From an uncultured Candidatus Saccharibacteria bacterium (GTDB taxonomy: Bacteria > Patescibacteriota > Doudnabacteria > UBA920): a stretch of DNA of 64,000 nucleotides. The DNA lies in NCBI GenBank assembly GCA_964416765.1, contig CAYQEU010000002.1, positions 14,877-78,876 on the forward strand, in the 5' to 3' direction. The notes under the pieces were generated by a model, which was not told the DNA's origin, made no database searches, and saw nothing but the letters and a program-made list of their open reading frames with translations. This document shows, in pieces, positions 50,601 to 59,990 of the stretch. A program made the translations under genes and the position numbers. Numbering within the stretch: the stretch's first letter is position 1; the number at the start of each line of letters is the position of its first letter.

Positions 50601-51082
50601 CTAAAAGTAGTCCCAGCCGGAAGCCCGCTATCAGTGACTGGCCTGGTGTTAACCTGAACGGACATGGTACCCGCTAAGTTGCCACCATGGTTGCCGGAAA
50701 TAGTTCCGTTAATAGAAGCCGGGTAGCCTTGGCTTTCGCTGGCCCAGCGGCTGCAGCTTTGCTGGCCGTTGTACCATAAACAAAACTGGAAATCCTGGGT
50801 GTAAGTATCCGGGTTGGCAATTCGGACCCGGAGACAGTCAGGGTCATTGCCGTCAGTAGTTGAAGTTCCTTCGCCTGCAACTTGGTGGTAACAGTCACCT
50901 GGCAAACTCGGGCCGGTATTGCGGCCGTCACCATACTGGATGTAAATGACGGGCGCGGTTTGGTCCGCTGCGGCCTGTTGTACCTTCCATAAGTTACCGA
51001 AAGAAAATGCCAAGGCCAGGGCCACGCCCGCGAATGCCAGCACTTTCATCCGTGAAGTAAAAATTTTGCGGATTTGTTTCAT
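47669..51082 (-). CDS. Large secreted multidomain protein (1137 aa) with Ig-like repeats, an FN3 domain and a DUF11-like C-terminal domain.
   Basis: Signal peptide 'VLAFAGVALALAFSFG'. About 100-aa repeats ('ATATPPQRDAVATVISNSVNLDATITSP', 'TTPTSASAIVTVVVNNV'). FN3 'VTGYYVYRSTDGSTWQRITGSP...NYYYAVTALNGAAES'. DUF11-like 'IVTFRINICNTGDRAATAVQVTDTL'. Confidence 0.8.
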   Translation of the reverse strand: MKQIRKIFTSRMKVLAFAGVALALAFSFGNLWKVQQAAADQTAPVIYIQYGDGRNTGPSLPGDCYHQVAGEGTSTTDGNDPDCLRVRIANPDTYTQDFQFCLWYNGQQSCSRWASESQGYPASINGTISGNHGGNLAGTMSVQVNTRPVTDSGLPAGTTFSGVSAGVALAYQRDYNGCGSSSGVALSPANSASPSGWAYGAQRDNDPGCFGAYLQVGSVNIPPDANYISTTIPTAQLATSTAYNNNYNIVFENRGVQWNADKTVRPLDGHCVSQDEGGPFDYSTGATCNDYQILSSDRYRLIRLGNVGSSGVQVRSQQLRSNSNDVTYNGSSYVYSGPATTIPENTSPASATPDNTIPFFIRQNVAFHEETYTEEICEPGGGENPGGGPYQPPVVNNTGALQKIAGSILNFLVPTAQARPIDPGDTCHYVTTTIIVANYTPPYSSVHFGQQGQFAPVNITTPSTGGTYTLQFKLVDLQSHTVFGQPGNIPVNVQGQPIPLDATMTATSPVSAGQSTHLVWGSTNADSCRQFVQAPGAPSYTELTGAPYGSTSGASDYSIAQIGTYSFLNQCVSATATPPQRDAVATVISNSVNLDATITSPANINNLGTANVSWDSPNPAPGTTCQQWYVTPSSQTVQIGTSLHSSFVTNPLPGPGDYTFYNQCTNSNASPTQRTATSVTHVAAPSPLDCSLTANPASPIPYNTSTTLTWSAPNSQTTQIYREQTLNAGDWVPISGATGNSGSVQSALLTSTTRYLCQANATNTTPTQVNTIITIQVQAALPLDAWLTRTSPVNVGQNTNLVWGSTNAATCQVYWEDGFDTGEWVPINGANTVNGDISYGPFNAAGSYRFLGYCENPNTTPTSASAIVTVVVNNVVAPNPPQRVNIDVSVCEQATITWQRPRGLQTVTGYYVYRSTDGSTWQRITGSPLDPSTFSYVDHPPIGNYYYAVTALNGAAESAKASAGPANVRACVVDLSTSDKDITAASPNNITSTVIPCNAVSDPVTLQGGKSFKVNDIVTFRINICNTGDRAATAVQVTDTLSNLSNPGNFTYSGCASGSATIAKGGAINITVGDVAPSSTCSISFTATVTKPASGSIYRFQNIGDIKPSNFPNKRVITPAYLFTDVSGNPDRQEIAP

Positions 51083-51111
51083 GAATTTGCTGATGACTGA
51101 TTTAGAGGAAA

Positions 51112-51630
51112 CTACTTGGCGAGTTCAGTGAAGATAATCGCCACTGTCTTGGCTTTGGCAACCGGGTCATCCCCAATAGTTACCTGCACCTGCATGTTAG
51201 ATTTGGTAGCCAACATAGTCTTGCTGGTGGAACCCTTTACTGCCGGAGCGGCGGTTACGGTCCAACCGGCTTTCTGGAAGTAGGACTGGAACGCGGAATA
51301 GTTTTCGTCCACTGACTTCTTGGTCACGTATACTCGGGTACCAAGCTTGCGTCCGTCAGGAGTAGTAGTGTTGTAGTTCTTTACTACTTCGGCGCCGGCT
51401 TCTGAAGGAAGATCAGCCGGGAAGTAGTCTGGGCTCTTGCCTGAGTCAACCTGGGTGACTACGGGCTGGGCTGGGGCACTATTGGCGTTAGCCTGGTCAT
51501 TGCCAGGATTCCCCATATTGCCAGGCTGCCTTGAGCTAACTAAGGCAACGATAGAGATAGTAAAAATGGCAAGAGCGCCAACTGCGACAAATAGCCATAC
51601 TATTTTGCGTCCATGGTGATTTGGATCCAT
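51112..51630 (-). CDS. Membrane-anchored hypothetical protein (172 aa).
   Basis: One N-terminal TM and an extracytoplasmic domain. Gap of 29 nt to the next gene. Confidence 0.55.
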   Translation of the reverse strand: MDPNHHGRKIVWLFVAVGALAIFTISIVALVSSRQPGNMGNPGNDQANANSAPAQPVVTQVDSGKSPDYFPADLPSEAGAEVVKNYNTTTPDGRKLGTRVYVTKKSVDENYSAFQSYFQKAGWTVTAAPAVKGSTSKTMLATKSNMQVQVTIGDDPVAKAKTVAIIFTELAK

Positions 51631-51681
51631 ATATTTTATTATTTATTACTTTTTGTTTCGAACAAAATTTATCTTATCTTT

Positions 51682-51690
51682 ATTTTAGCA
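51682..51690 (-). promoter_or_regulatory. Extended -10 promoter (minus strand: AAATGTGCTAAAAT).
   Basis: TGnTAAAAT about 52 nt upstream of the 51630 start, immediately after the rpsP terminator. Confidence 0.4.
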
Positions 51691-51700
51691 CATTTATCAG

Positions 51701-51736
51701 AAAAAATCAAAAAGCCCGCACTATTTTGCGCGGGCT
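51701..51736 (-). terminator. Rho-independent terminator for rpsP.
   Basis: Minus strand AGCCCGC...GCGGGCT hairpin followed by TTTTGATTTTTT. Sits 19 nt after the rpsP stop. Confidence 0.65.
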
Positions 51737-51754
51737 TTGTCGTATCATGGTGGT

Positions 51755-52228
51755 TTATTCTGCTGGAGTTTCTTCCGGGGTTTCAGTTTTGGGCTCTTCT
51801 GCGGAGGTTTCTGGGGCGGCTTCTTCAGTTGTTTCAGCAGCTTCTTCCTCAGTAGGAGCTTCAGACTGGGCAGTTTCAGCTTCGGCTGCAGCGGCAGCTT
51901 GGGCTTCGGCCTCTGCCTTGGCTTTGGCTTCTTCCTCGGCGCGTTTTGCCTTTACCTTAGTCGGCACATTAAAAGCTCTTAATTTAGAGGAATTTAGCAA
52001 ATTCTTGCTAATCAGAAGGTTGTTTAAAGTCGGGGAAATCGCTACATGCTGTTCCACCCAGTACTTTAAGCGGGCTTCATCCTTGATGGAGAAAGCTTTG
52101 GTGCGAGGGTTGTAGTTACCGAGGATTTCTACGAATTTCTTGTTGGCGGCAGCTTCACGTTGCGCCAAAACAATACGGAATTCTGGCTTGTTCTTGCTTC
52201 CTGCGCGTTGTAAACGGAGAGTTAACAT
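51755..52228 (-). CDS. rpsP: 30S ribosomal protein S16, with an Ala/Glu/Lys-rich C-terminal extension of about 70 aa.
   Basis: 'MLTLRLQRAGSKNKPEFRIVLAQ...ILGNYNPR' S16 core, followed by 'KAKRAEEEAKAKAEAEAQAAAAAEAE...'. Confidence 0.9.
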   Translation of the reverse strand: MLTLRLQRAGSKNKPEFRIVLAQREAAANKKFVEILGNYNPRTKAFSIKDEARLKYWVEQHVAISPTLNNLLISKNLLNSSKLRAFNVPTKVKAKRAEEEAKAKAEAEAQAAAAAEAETAQSEAPTEEEAAETTEEAAPETSAEEPKTETPEETPAE

Positions 52229-52305
52229 CTAAAACTTAGAAAATATGAATAATTAGCTTTGATATTCTAGCATTTACGGCCTTTTTGGTCAAGGATAGCC
52301 TAAAA

Positions 52306-52935
52306 TTAGGCCTTTTTTGATGATGACCGGTGCCGGAAATGGCGAATTACCCAGAAAATAGCACCCAAAACTATCAAAGCAACAAGGGCGTAGTCCAAAC
52401 CATGAAACCGTTCCCGCAAGCTAATCCATTCCGGGCCGAGCTTCATCCCAAGGTAAGCCAGGGCATAGCTCCAGATAACCGAGCCGAGGAATGAGTATAA
52501 AATAAATTTTCCGAAGTTTACTTTCGCGATTCCGGCCGGGATAGAAATAAAAGTTCGGACGACCGGCAACATGCGGCCGATGAAAGACGACAACATGCCA
52601 AACCGGGCAAAGAAACGGTCGGACAACTCGAGGTCGTGCTCTGAAATCAAAACATACTTTCCGTAGCGCTCTACCAAAGGGCGGCCGCCCCATCTACCGA
52701 TGGCGTAAGTCACCGCGGCACCAGCGGCTGAACCTAACCCACCCGCCAGAGAAACGCCTATCAAACTAAAACGTCCTTCGCTAACCAGGAAGCCAGCGAA
52801 CGGCATAATAATTTCCGACGGCAAAGGAATCGCGGCGGACTCAATGGCCATGAGCAAGCCGACGCCGAAGTATCCGCCGGTGGAAATAACCTGGATAATA
52901 AAATTTGTGAGAACGGAGATTATATGTGCAAGCAT
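52306..52935 (-). CDS. dedA: DedA-family (SNARE-associated) membrane protein.
   Basis: 'GYFGVGLLMAIESAAIPLPSEIIMPFAGFL...RMLPVVRTFISIPAG' is the DedA signature. Confidence 0.8.
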   Translation of the reverse strand: MLAHIISVLTNFIIQVISTGGYFGVGLLMAIESAAIPLPSEIIMPFAGFLVSEGRFSLIGVSLAGGLGSAAGAAVTYAIGRWGGRPLVERYGKYVLISEHDLELSDRFFARFGMLSSFIGRMLPVVRTFISIPAGIAKVNFGKFILYSFLGSVIWSYALAYLGMKLGPEWISLRERFHGLDYALVALIVLGAIFWVIRHFRHRSSSKKA

Positions 52936-55556
52936 TATTTCGCAAAGGCTGTTGCCTGGTCAAACTTAATTGATAGAAGTTTTGATACGCCGTCATCTCC
53001 CATGGTCACTCCGTAAAGCATGGCGGACTGCGCCATGGTTTCACGGTTATGGGTGATGGTAATGAACTGGGTTTGGTGTGACAGTGTGCCTAGGATTTGG
53101 CCAAAACGGATTGTGTTCGCTTCGTCGAGCGCGGCATCGACTTCATCCAAAACTACAAACGGTGATGGGAAGCACGCGAGCAAAGAACAAAGCAACGCAA
53201 TGGAAGTCAATGCCCTTTCCCCGCCGGACAATGCCTGGATGGTGGCAAGTTTTTTCCCTGGAGGCGTGGCTTTTATTTCAACCCCGGAAACATTCATGGT
53301 GCCCTTTTCGTATTTAGCGACAAGTTTTTCTTCCGGACGCATGGTGTCGTTTGCCGTGTCGGCGTTATCTTCCGCTTCCTCCTCAGCTTCTTCCGCTTCA
53401 GTTTTTTCCTCGCCACTGCGCACCAAAGAAAGGTAAGCGCGGCCGCCGTTAAACAAAGTTCGGAAATATTGTTCGAACTTGTCCTGCACTCCCTTAAACG
53501 CTTCGTTGAACGCGGTTTTGATATGGACATCAAGCTCGTCCATAACGGCTTTCAAATCCTCAATGGCTTTTTTAAGGTCATTAACCTGCCCGGTCAGGGA
53601 AGTGTAGCGTTCTTCAGTTTCGCGGTATTCCTGCATGGTTAATTCATCAATGCCGCCGATCAATTCCAACTGATGCTTCAACTTTTCAATTTTTTCGTGC
53701 AAGCCCGGTTCAACTTGGGTAATAGGGTGCTGAGCGACTTCGCGCAGACCTTCTTCACCCAACGCCTGGCGCAGTTCCGTGCTAATAACCTCTAAAGCAG
53801 CTTCTTTTTTGGCTTTTTGGATCTGGATGCCGCCTTCTTTGTCGCGGACCGAATTGACTTTGGAACTGGCAGAGCGGAAAGCCTGGTCCTGATCGGCCAG
53901 GAAAACTTTAAATTTATTCTCGGCTTCGTACAATCCTGACAGGGTTTTCTGGACATTCTCAATACGGCTAGTGACGTCATCAACTTTGGCCTGGATGGAT
54001 TTTTCTTCCGCGACCATCTTTTCCAAAAAATCCCCAGAAGAGGTACTGCCAGCTTGTTTCAATTCCAGTTCCAAACGAAGTTTTTCTTGTTCTAGCCCTT
54101 TAAGTTGCTGGGCGAGGAAATCGGTGGTAACCCCGGCCTTGGACTGTTCCACGGACAACTGGTTTAGGCTGGCGGTTAAGGTTTCCTTTTGCGTGGTCAG
54201 CTGCTGCAAAGTTGATTGCAGCTCTGCGCCGCGCCGGCTGGTGTCGCCAATCGCTTTCGCGGTGTTGAAAAACTTCCGCCACTGGTGGCGCAGACTTTCG
54301 CTGGCGGACATAACCGTGGAAACATCGGACATGGATGGCAAGCGGTCCCAGAACTCGCTCATCTTTTGGTCGAGTAAAGAAAGTTCAAGCTGAAGCGAGT
54401 CCAAGCCCTGGCCAGTGGGGGCGCTTAGTTCACGATAGGTCTTTTCAATTGAGGCGTTCATCTCTTCCACCTGGCGGCGCTGTTGCTGCAAACGCTCGGA
54501 CAGATTAGCTTGGTTTTCTTTTTCTGATTTCAATTGTTTTTCGAGCTCAGCAATTTTCTGGGTTATGGTATGCTCTTCCACGCGCAAAGTGTCGGTGTCC
54601 CCAACACCGCTTTTTTGGCTTTGCATCTTTCCCCGAACCAAACTCAGGTTCTCAAGCAAGGCATTTTTTTCGCCCTGTAATTTTTGCAGTTCAGCTTGTT
54701 CGTTCTGGTACTTCTTTAACTCCTCGGTCCGGTCTTTTTCCAGCTGCTCCATGTTACTCAAATAACCGGCGATTTCGGCTTCCAACGCGGTGCGATCATT
54801 GAGGTTCTGTTCCAGTTCCTTATTAACCACGTCGAGCTCATGCTTCACCTGCCAGTAGCTGTGGCCAAGAAATTGTTTTTGGTACGAGCGCAGTTCCACC
54901 TGGATTGTTTCGCGCGCTTCCATCCGTTTGGCCTGACGGCGAAGCGACTTAACCCGTGGTTCCAATTCGGCAATGAGGTCTTCGGCGCGCATCAGGTTTT
55001 GCGCGGTCTGCTCCAACCGCCGCAGGGTGCGCTCCCGCTTAATGTAGTATGATTTTACACCGCTTGCTTCATCAATCAGATTCTTTACTTCAGCGGGGCC
55101 GGCTAAAATCATTTGGTCTATGGTACCCTGGCCGATAACAGTGTAGCGGGAAGTTCCGATATTAGATTTTAATACCAAATCAACAATGTCTAATAATCGA
55201 ACCTTGGCCCCGTTTATCAGATACTCACTGTCCCCGTTGCGGTAAATGCGGCGACCAATGCTGACTTCAGCGGCGTCTAGGGGAATTTTGTGGTCATGGT
55301 TGTCGAAAGTAGTAAAAACTTCGGCAAAGTTCATTCGGGTGCGTTTGTCGGAACCGGCGAAGATTACATCCTCACTCTTTTTCCCGCGCATGAGCTTGCT
55401 GCTCTGCTCCCCCAAAACCCAACGAAGACAGTCGGCAATATTACTTTTGCCGCTGCCGTTAGGGCCGACTATGGAAGTTACGCCGGGCTGGAACTCTAAT
55501 GTAGTTTTTTTCGCGAATGATTTAAACCCTTGTATTTCTAAACGTTTGAGGTACAT
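52935..55556 (-). CDS. smc: SMC-family chromosome segregation ATPase (short form, 873 aa).
   Basis: Walker A 'GPNGSGKSN', long coiled-coils, signature 'LSGGERALTSIAL', Walker B 'VVLDEVDAALD'. Confidence 0.85.
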   Translation of the reverse strand: MYLKRLEIQGFKSFAKKTTLEFQPGVTSIVGPNGSGKSNIADCLRWVLGEQSSKLMRGKKSEDVIFAGSDKRTRMNFAEVFTTFDNHDHKIPLDAAEVSIGRRIYRNGDSEYLINGAKVRLLDIVDLVLKSNIGTSRYTVIGQGTIDQMILAGPAEVKNLIDEASGVKSYYIKRERTLRRLEQTAQNLMRAEDLIAELEPRVKSLRRQAKRMEARETIQVELRSYQKQFLGHSYWQVKHELDVVNKELEQNLNDRTALEAEIAGYLSNMEQLEKDRTEELKKYQNEQAELQKLQGEKNALLENLSLVRGKMQSQKSGVGDTDTLRVEEHTITQKIAELEKQLKSEKENQANLSERLQQQRRQVEEMNASIEKTYRELSAPTGQGLDSLQLELSLLDQKMSEFWDRLPSMSDVSTVMSASESLRHQWRKFFNTAKAIGDTSRRGAELQSTLQQLTTQKETLTASLNQLSVEQSKAGVTTDFLAQQLKGLEQEKLRLELELKQAGSTSSGDFLEKMVAEEKSIQAKVDDVTSRIENVQKTLSGLYEAENKFKVFLADQDQAFRSASSKVNSVRDKEGGIQIQKAKKEAALEVISTELRQALGEEGLREVAQHPITQVEPGLHEKIEKLKHQLELIGGIDELTMQEYRETEERYTSLTGQVNDLKKAIEDLKAVMDELDVHIKTAFNEAFKGVQDKFEQYFRTLFNGGRAYLSLVRSGEEKTEAEEAEEEAEDNADTANDTMRPEEKLVAKYEKGTMNVSGVEIKATPPGKKLATIQALSGGERALTSIALLCSLLACFPSPFVVLDEVDAALDEANTIRFGQILGTLSHQTQFITITHNRETMAQSAMLYGVTMGDDGVSKLLSIKFDQATAFAK

Positions 55557-55559
55557 GTG

Positions 55560-56267
55560 TTAGTTTTGTTTTGGTTCGGTTTGGTTGAAGCGGTCAAGTG
55601 CGTTTTGCGCGGCCACAATTTCTGCTTCCTGTTTTGACGGGCCTTCACCTCGGCCAATTTCAGTGGTGTCCATAAATGCCGCGACTACGAATACTTTATT
55701 ATGGTCAGGGCCGCTTTCTGAAACAACGCCATAAGTCGGGGTGACACCCCTCTTCTCCTGGACCAGTTCCTGCAGTTTGCTTTTGGGATCGAGGTAAGTA
55801 CCACCTTCAATGATTTGCGGAAGTTCCACCAGAATTTCCTTTTCGACAAACTTCTGCGTGGCTTCGTATCCGGCGTCCAGATACAGCGCGCCAATAACCG
55901 CCTCAATGCAGTTGGCCAAAATCACCTGACGGGCGCGTCCGGTATCCCTGGCCTCACCTTTGGACATTAACAAGAACTGTTCCAAGCCCAGACGGCTGGC
56001 AATTGAGGAAAGCATTTTGTAATTAACCAGCGCGCTGCGGAAGTTAGTAAGTTCGCCTTCCGAGTGTTCGTAATTCTTGTACAAGTACTCGGTGGCGATG
56101 ATTTCCAAAACCGCGTCACCCAAAAATTCCAACCGTTCGTTATGCGGCAAATGAAAAGTCCGGTTCTCATTGAGATAAGACCGGTGGGTAAAAGCGGAAA
56201 TATATAAATCCGGGTTGTTGATTTTGGTGCCGAGGATACCCTCTAGGGTTTCTTGGTTTATAGCCAT
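55560..56267 (-). CDS. rnc: Ribonuclease III.
   Basis: 'ERLEFLGDAVLEIIATEYLY' catalytic motif plus a C-terminal dsRBD. Lies upstream of smc, as in Bacillus. Confidence 0.9.
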   Translation of the reverse strand: MAINQETLEGILGTKINNPDLYISAFTHRSYLNENRTFHLPHNERLEFLGDAVLEIIATEYLYKNYEHSEGELTNFRSALVNYKMLSSIASRLGLEQFLLMSKGEARDTGRARQVILANCIEAVIGALYLDAGYEATQKFVEKEILVELPQIIEGGTYLDPKSKLQELVQEKRGVTPTYGVVSESGPDHNKVFVVAAFMDTTEIGRGEGPSKQEAEIVAAQNALDRFNQTEPKQN

Positions 56268-56365
56268 TGGCTTTGGTTAACGGAGTTCGGCCATAATCCT
56301 TTTCGGCAAAGCGCGCAATGTTACGAAGTCCCATTGCAAGTTTTGCCAAAGAGGCATATGGCGGC

Positions 56366-56442
56366 TGGTGGACGATAGTGGATTCGGACCACTGACCTTT
56401 CCCACGTCAAGGGAACGCTCTAACCAACTGAGCTAATCGTCC
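56366..56442 (-). tRNA. tRNA-Val (anticodon GAC).
   Basis: rc reads GGACGAT...anticodon loop TTGACGT...T-arm AGTGG/CCACT...ATCGTCC-A-CCA. Confidence 0.85.
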
Positions 56443-56476
56443 TAAAAGCTAGGAAATCCTCAATATTCTACTATAT

Positions 56477-57442
56477 TTAGGCGGTTTTGTCTACCGAAAC
56501 TTTTAGCAACAAACTCTCGGTTACCCCCTTTTCCGGCACGAGTTTAGTAGGTTTTACAAAGTGATGGAAAAATAGGAACAATCCCACATTAAAGACTGCG
56601 TTCAGGAAGCCCAACCAGACCAGGAACAAGACGCCAATCACATCGGGCTGGGAAGCATAGCCGTGCCAGACGTTCAAGGAGTCGAATTGCGGACCCACGT
56701 GAGTGAAAACCGCGCGAGCGGCATTGGCCACTTCAAGTCCCGCTACCACTCCCGCGGTGTAAATTGCCAAGAGCAGTACACAAGTCACAAAGAGTTGCTT
56801 TAGGTGCTGGCGAATTAGCCGACTGGCTGTCGTCAAAGCATCATGGAAACGCTGTTGATACAAGACGGCATAGGCCGCTCCAAAAAAATTCAACAGGGAA
56901 AACAATAGCATAAACAAAATAAACAGTCCCGTACCCAGCACCACCATGGCGGGAATTGGCGCGATGTACCTCTGCCATAATAATGGCCCTGATAATACCG
57001 AGCTCACTATCCCCTGGGACAAGGCGACGAAAATACTGACTCCCAGTACAGTCGGCAATGACCTTCTGCCGAAGCGGAACAATTTCTTCTGCTGCCGCCA
57101 GATAGTTAGTTCCTGGTCGTCGAGCTTTTTTCCCAAGCGTTGCACGTTCAGCAAGTCGGCTACGTTATAGATAAAGACAATTTTTACCCAATTGAGAATT
57201 ACCCACCCAATAATAATAGCGATCACGAAAACTACCCACTGCCAAATGAATCTGTCTGGGTCAGACAGCGAGCCCCGCCAAAACTGCATAGCCCACCGGC
57301 CCGTATGCGAAAAGCCGGAGTGGGATAAAAACAGCCAGTTGAAATTAAAACCTCCCGCCAAAAAAATTCCAAAAAACCACAGCAACGGGTTATTAATGGT
57401 AACCCGAATTGCTGTGGCTGCAATTTTGGAATAGTCGATCAA
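56477..57442 (-). CDS. Multi-pass membrane protein, hypothetical (321 aa).
   Basis: About 6-7 TM helices. No recognisable catalytic motif. Confidence 0.55.
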   Translation of the reverse strand: MIDYSKIAATAIRVTINNPLLWFFGIFLAGGFNFNWLFLSHSGFSHTGRWAMQFWRGSLSDPDRFIWQWVVFVIAIIIGWVILNWVKIVFIYNVADLLNVQRLGKKLDDQELTIWRQQKKLFRFGRRSLPTVLGVSIFVALSQGIVSSVLSGPLLWQRYIAPIPAMVVLGTGLFILFMLLFSLLNFFGAAYAVLYQQRFHDALTTASRLIRQHLKQLFVTCVLLLAIYTAGVVAGLEVANAARAVFTHVGPQFDSLNVWHGYASQPDVIGVLFLVWLGFLNAVFNVGLFLFFHHFVKPTKLVPEKGVTESLLLKVSVDKTA

Positions 57443-57466
57443 GTTTTTTGTTTTAGGTCAGTTGCC

Positions 57467-59344
57467 TTAGTCGGCTACCGTTTCTTCGTCGAGAACCGGC
57501 GCGAAATCCTGCTTCTTTTTTTCGTCGGGAAGAATATCTTTAACAATTTCCGCGAATTGGTCCTGTTCCAAGGTTTCTTCCTTGATCAGGCGCTGGGCAA
57601 TGGTATCCAGGTAATTACGATGCTTGGTTAAAATTTCGGTGGCGCGCTGATAACCTTCGGTCATGATGCGTTTAACTTCGGCGTCGATGGACTTGGCCAC
57701 TTCTTCGCTATAGTTGCGCTGTTCACCCAGGTCTTTGCCCAGGAACACCATTTCATGCGATTCGCCTAATGTAACCGGGCCGAGCGCGTCGCTCATGCCA
57801 TACGCGGTAACCAAGCGGCGGGCCAGGTTAGTGGCAACCTTAATGTCGTTGCTGGCACCGGTAGTGAGTTCATTAAAGACCAGGCGTTCGGCGGCATATC
57901 CGCCCAATAAAGCGGCTATTTCATCAAGGAAACTGGATTTTGTGTTCATATGCTTGTCTTCAACCGGGAGCTTCATGGTGTAACCAGCGGCACGGCCGCG
58001 GGAAAGAATAGTGACCTTGTGGACCGGGTCAGAGAAAGGCAATACGGAACCAACCAAGGCATGTCCCCCTTCGTGGTAAGCCGTAACTTCCTTCTCCTTG
58101 GCGGAAAGGATATGGCTCTTGCGCTGTGGACCCAGCATGACTTTTTCAATCGCTTCACGTAGTTCTTCGTTCCCAATTTCTTTCCTGTTGGCGCGGGCAG
58201 CCAGAATAGCGCCTTCGTTAATCAAGTTGGCCAAATCAGCACCGGAGAAGCCAGGAGTGCGCTCGGCAATCTTATGCAGGTCCACGTCTTTGGCTAGCGG
58301 CTTGCGGCGAACGTGGACTTTCAAAATCGCTTCACGGTCTTTGATGTCAGGGAGGTCCAAAACCACCTGTCGGTCAAAACGGCCGGGGCGAAGCAGAGCC
58401 GGATCCAGTACGTCAGGACGGTTAGTGGCTGCAATAACGATAATGTTAGTGTCGGTTTCAAACCCATCCATCTCAACCAAAATTTGGTTCAGGGTTTGCT
58501 CGCGTTCGTCATGCCCTCCGCCAAGACCCGTACCGCGCTGGCGGCCGACTGCATCAATTTCATCTATGAAAACAATACAAGGGGCGTTCTTCTTGGCGCG
58601 CTTAAATAAGTCGCGGACACGGCTGGCACCAACACCAACGAACATTTCCACGAACTCAGAACCGGAAATATGGAAGAACGGCACGTTCGCTTCACCGGCG
58701 ACGGCGCGGGAAAGCAACGTCTTACCAACACCAGGACTGCCCAGCAATAAAACGCCTTTCGGAATTTTGGCGCCTAAGGCCAAGAACTTTTGTGGATACT
58801 TTAGGAAGTCTACTATTTCGCTCAATTCTTCCTTAGCTTCGGCACTGCCGGCAACGTCAGCAAAGCGAACCTGGTTTTTTCGTTCATCATTCAAACGGGC
58901 GGAACTTTGGCCGAAGGTCAACGCGCGGTTGTTGGTGCCTTGCACCTGGCGCATAAGGAAATATATAAACAAGCCGATCACAATCAAAGGAAGGATGAAA
59001 GGCAAGATTTGTCCCGCAATGGCGCCCGCGGTGCTGCTGTTCTTAAATTCAATATTGACCTTGGAAATTTTTTCCTGGCTAATGCCATTGTCCTTGAAAA
59101 ACTGCGGGATCTGGGTGTTAGCCCCAATGGTAGCCTGGAGTTTTTCCTTGGTGTCTCTGCGTTCAGCAATAATGTCATTCGGTTCAACGGTAATGGAGCT
59201 GATTTTTTCCTGGTCAACCAAGTCGCGGACTTCAGACAACGAGGTGGATTTTACATCGCCTTTGCTGGTTAGCGCGGCATAAATTCCGAACAGAACGAGA
59301 AAACCAATGAGCACGAATATTATTTGTCTAACAATTTTTCCCAT
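57467..59344 (-). CDS. ftsH: ATP-dependent zinc metalloprotease FtsH.
   Basis: Two N-terminal TMs, AAA+ Walker A '[10 protein letters not shown]', SRH, zinc site 'HEGGHAL'. Confidence 0.9.
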   Translation of the reverse strand: MGKIVRQIIFVLIGFLVLFGIYAALTSKGDVKSTSLSEVRDLVDQEKISSITVEPNDIIAERRDTKEKLQATIGANTQIPQFFKDNGISQEKISKVNIEFKNSSTAGAIAGQILPFILPLIVIGLFIYFLMRQVQGTNNRALTFGQSSARLNDERKNQVRFADVAGSAEAKEELSEIVDFLKYPQKFLALGAKIPKGVLLLGSPGVGKTLLSRAVAGEANVPFFHISGSEFVEMFVGVGASRVRDLFKRAKKNAPCIVFIDEIDAVGRQRGTGLGGGHDEREQTLNQILVEMDGFETDTNIIVIAATNRPDVLDPALLRPGRFDRQVVLDLPDIKDREAILKVHVRRKPLAKDVDLHKIAERTPGFSGADLANLINEGAILAARANRKEIGNEELREAIEKVMLGPQRKSHILSAKEKEVTAYHEGGHALVGSVLPFSDPVHKVTILSRGRAAGYTMKLPVEDKHMNTKSSFLDEIAALLGGYAAERLVFNELTTGASNDIKVATNLARRLVTAYGMSDALGPVTLGESHEMVFLGKDLGEQRNYSEEVAKSIDAEVKRIMTEGYQRATEILTKHRNYLDTIAQRLIKEETLEQDQFAEIVKDILPDEKKKQDFAPVLDEETVAD

Positions 59345-59372
59345 GAATATGCGGTCTTAATAATGTATCTAG

Positions 59373-59459
59373 TGGTGCCGAAGGTGGGACTTGAACCCAC
59401 AAGCCGTTGCCGGCGCTAGCTCCTAAGGCTAGTGCGTATGCCAATTCCGCCACTTCGGC
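59373..59459 (-). tRNA. tRNA-Leu (anticodon TAG), class II with a long variable arm.
   Basis: rc reads GCCGAAG...anticodon loop CTTAGGA...variable arm CGCCGGCAACGGC...T-arm GTGGG-TTCAAGT-CCCAC...CTTCGGC-A-CCA. Confidence 0.85.
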
Positions 59460-59484
59460 AAAGTAAGATCAATTTTAACACAAA

Positions 59485-59520
59485 ACAAAAAACCGGACTA
59501 GGCCGGTTTTGTCTTGTTTT
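59485..59520. terminator. Bidirectional rho-independent terminator.
   Basis: AACCGG-actagg-CCGGTT hairpin with flanking T-runs. Ends the pilin-like array. Confidence 0.6.
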
Positions 59521-59522
59521 GG

Positions 59523-59984
59523 CTAGATATTGGAGGTTAACTGCTTAGTCAAAGCGGAAACTATCACGTAAGAAAGTATGACTATCGCAACGCCAATCAA
59601 GGCATATACGAGAGTTTGCCGTCCTTTGGTGGCCTGTTCCTCGTTGCCGCGGGCTGTAATGTAATAGTAGCCACCGATGATAACAAATACCACCGCGATT
59701 ATGCCGGCAAAGTAGAGCATGTACTTAACTATCATGGCTATGAGGCCGGTGGCTGTAGTTTGGCCGACCAGGGAATTATTCCCGCCATTAATGGGATTTT
59801 TTGGCAAACAAAGAGGGCCAGCCTGTTCAAATTCACCGCAATCCCCTGAAGACGTAGTGCCGCCATTGTTGTCTGGCGGATCAGCATGAACCAGGGCGGG
59901 GGCAAGGCTAGCCGCGCTCATCAGCATCAAAAAGCTTACCACTATGGCACTATATATATTTTGAAGCGAGAAATTCTTTTTCAT
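59523..59984 (-). CDS. T4SS-pilin-like (TrbC/VirB2-type topology) small secreted membrane protein, paralog 1 (153 aa).
   Basis: Signal peptide, Cys-pair loop 'DCGEFEQAGPLC', conserved hairpin 'FVIIGGYYYITARGNEEQATKGRQTLVYALIGVAIVILSYVIVSAL'. Confidence 0.7.
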   Translation of the reverse strand: MKKNFSLQNIYSAIVVSFLMLMSAASLAPALVHADPPDNNGGTTSSGDCGEFEQAGPLCLPKNPINGGNNSLVGQTTATGLIAMIVKYMLYFAGIIAVVFVIIGGYYYITARGNEEQATKGRQTLVYALIGVAIVILSYVIVSALTKQLTSNI

Positions 59985-59990
59985 ATGTTT

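Noticed and set aside
56167-56349. 60-aa ORF upstream of rnc, next to tRNA-Val.
   Set aside because: A short, basic, low-complexity ORF in a promoter/leader region with no RBS, so likely non-coding.
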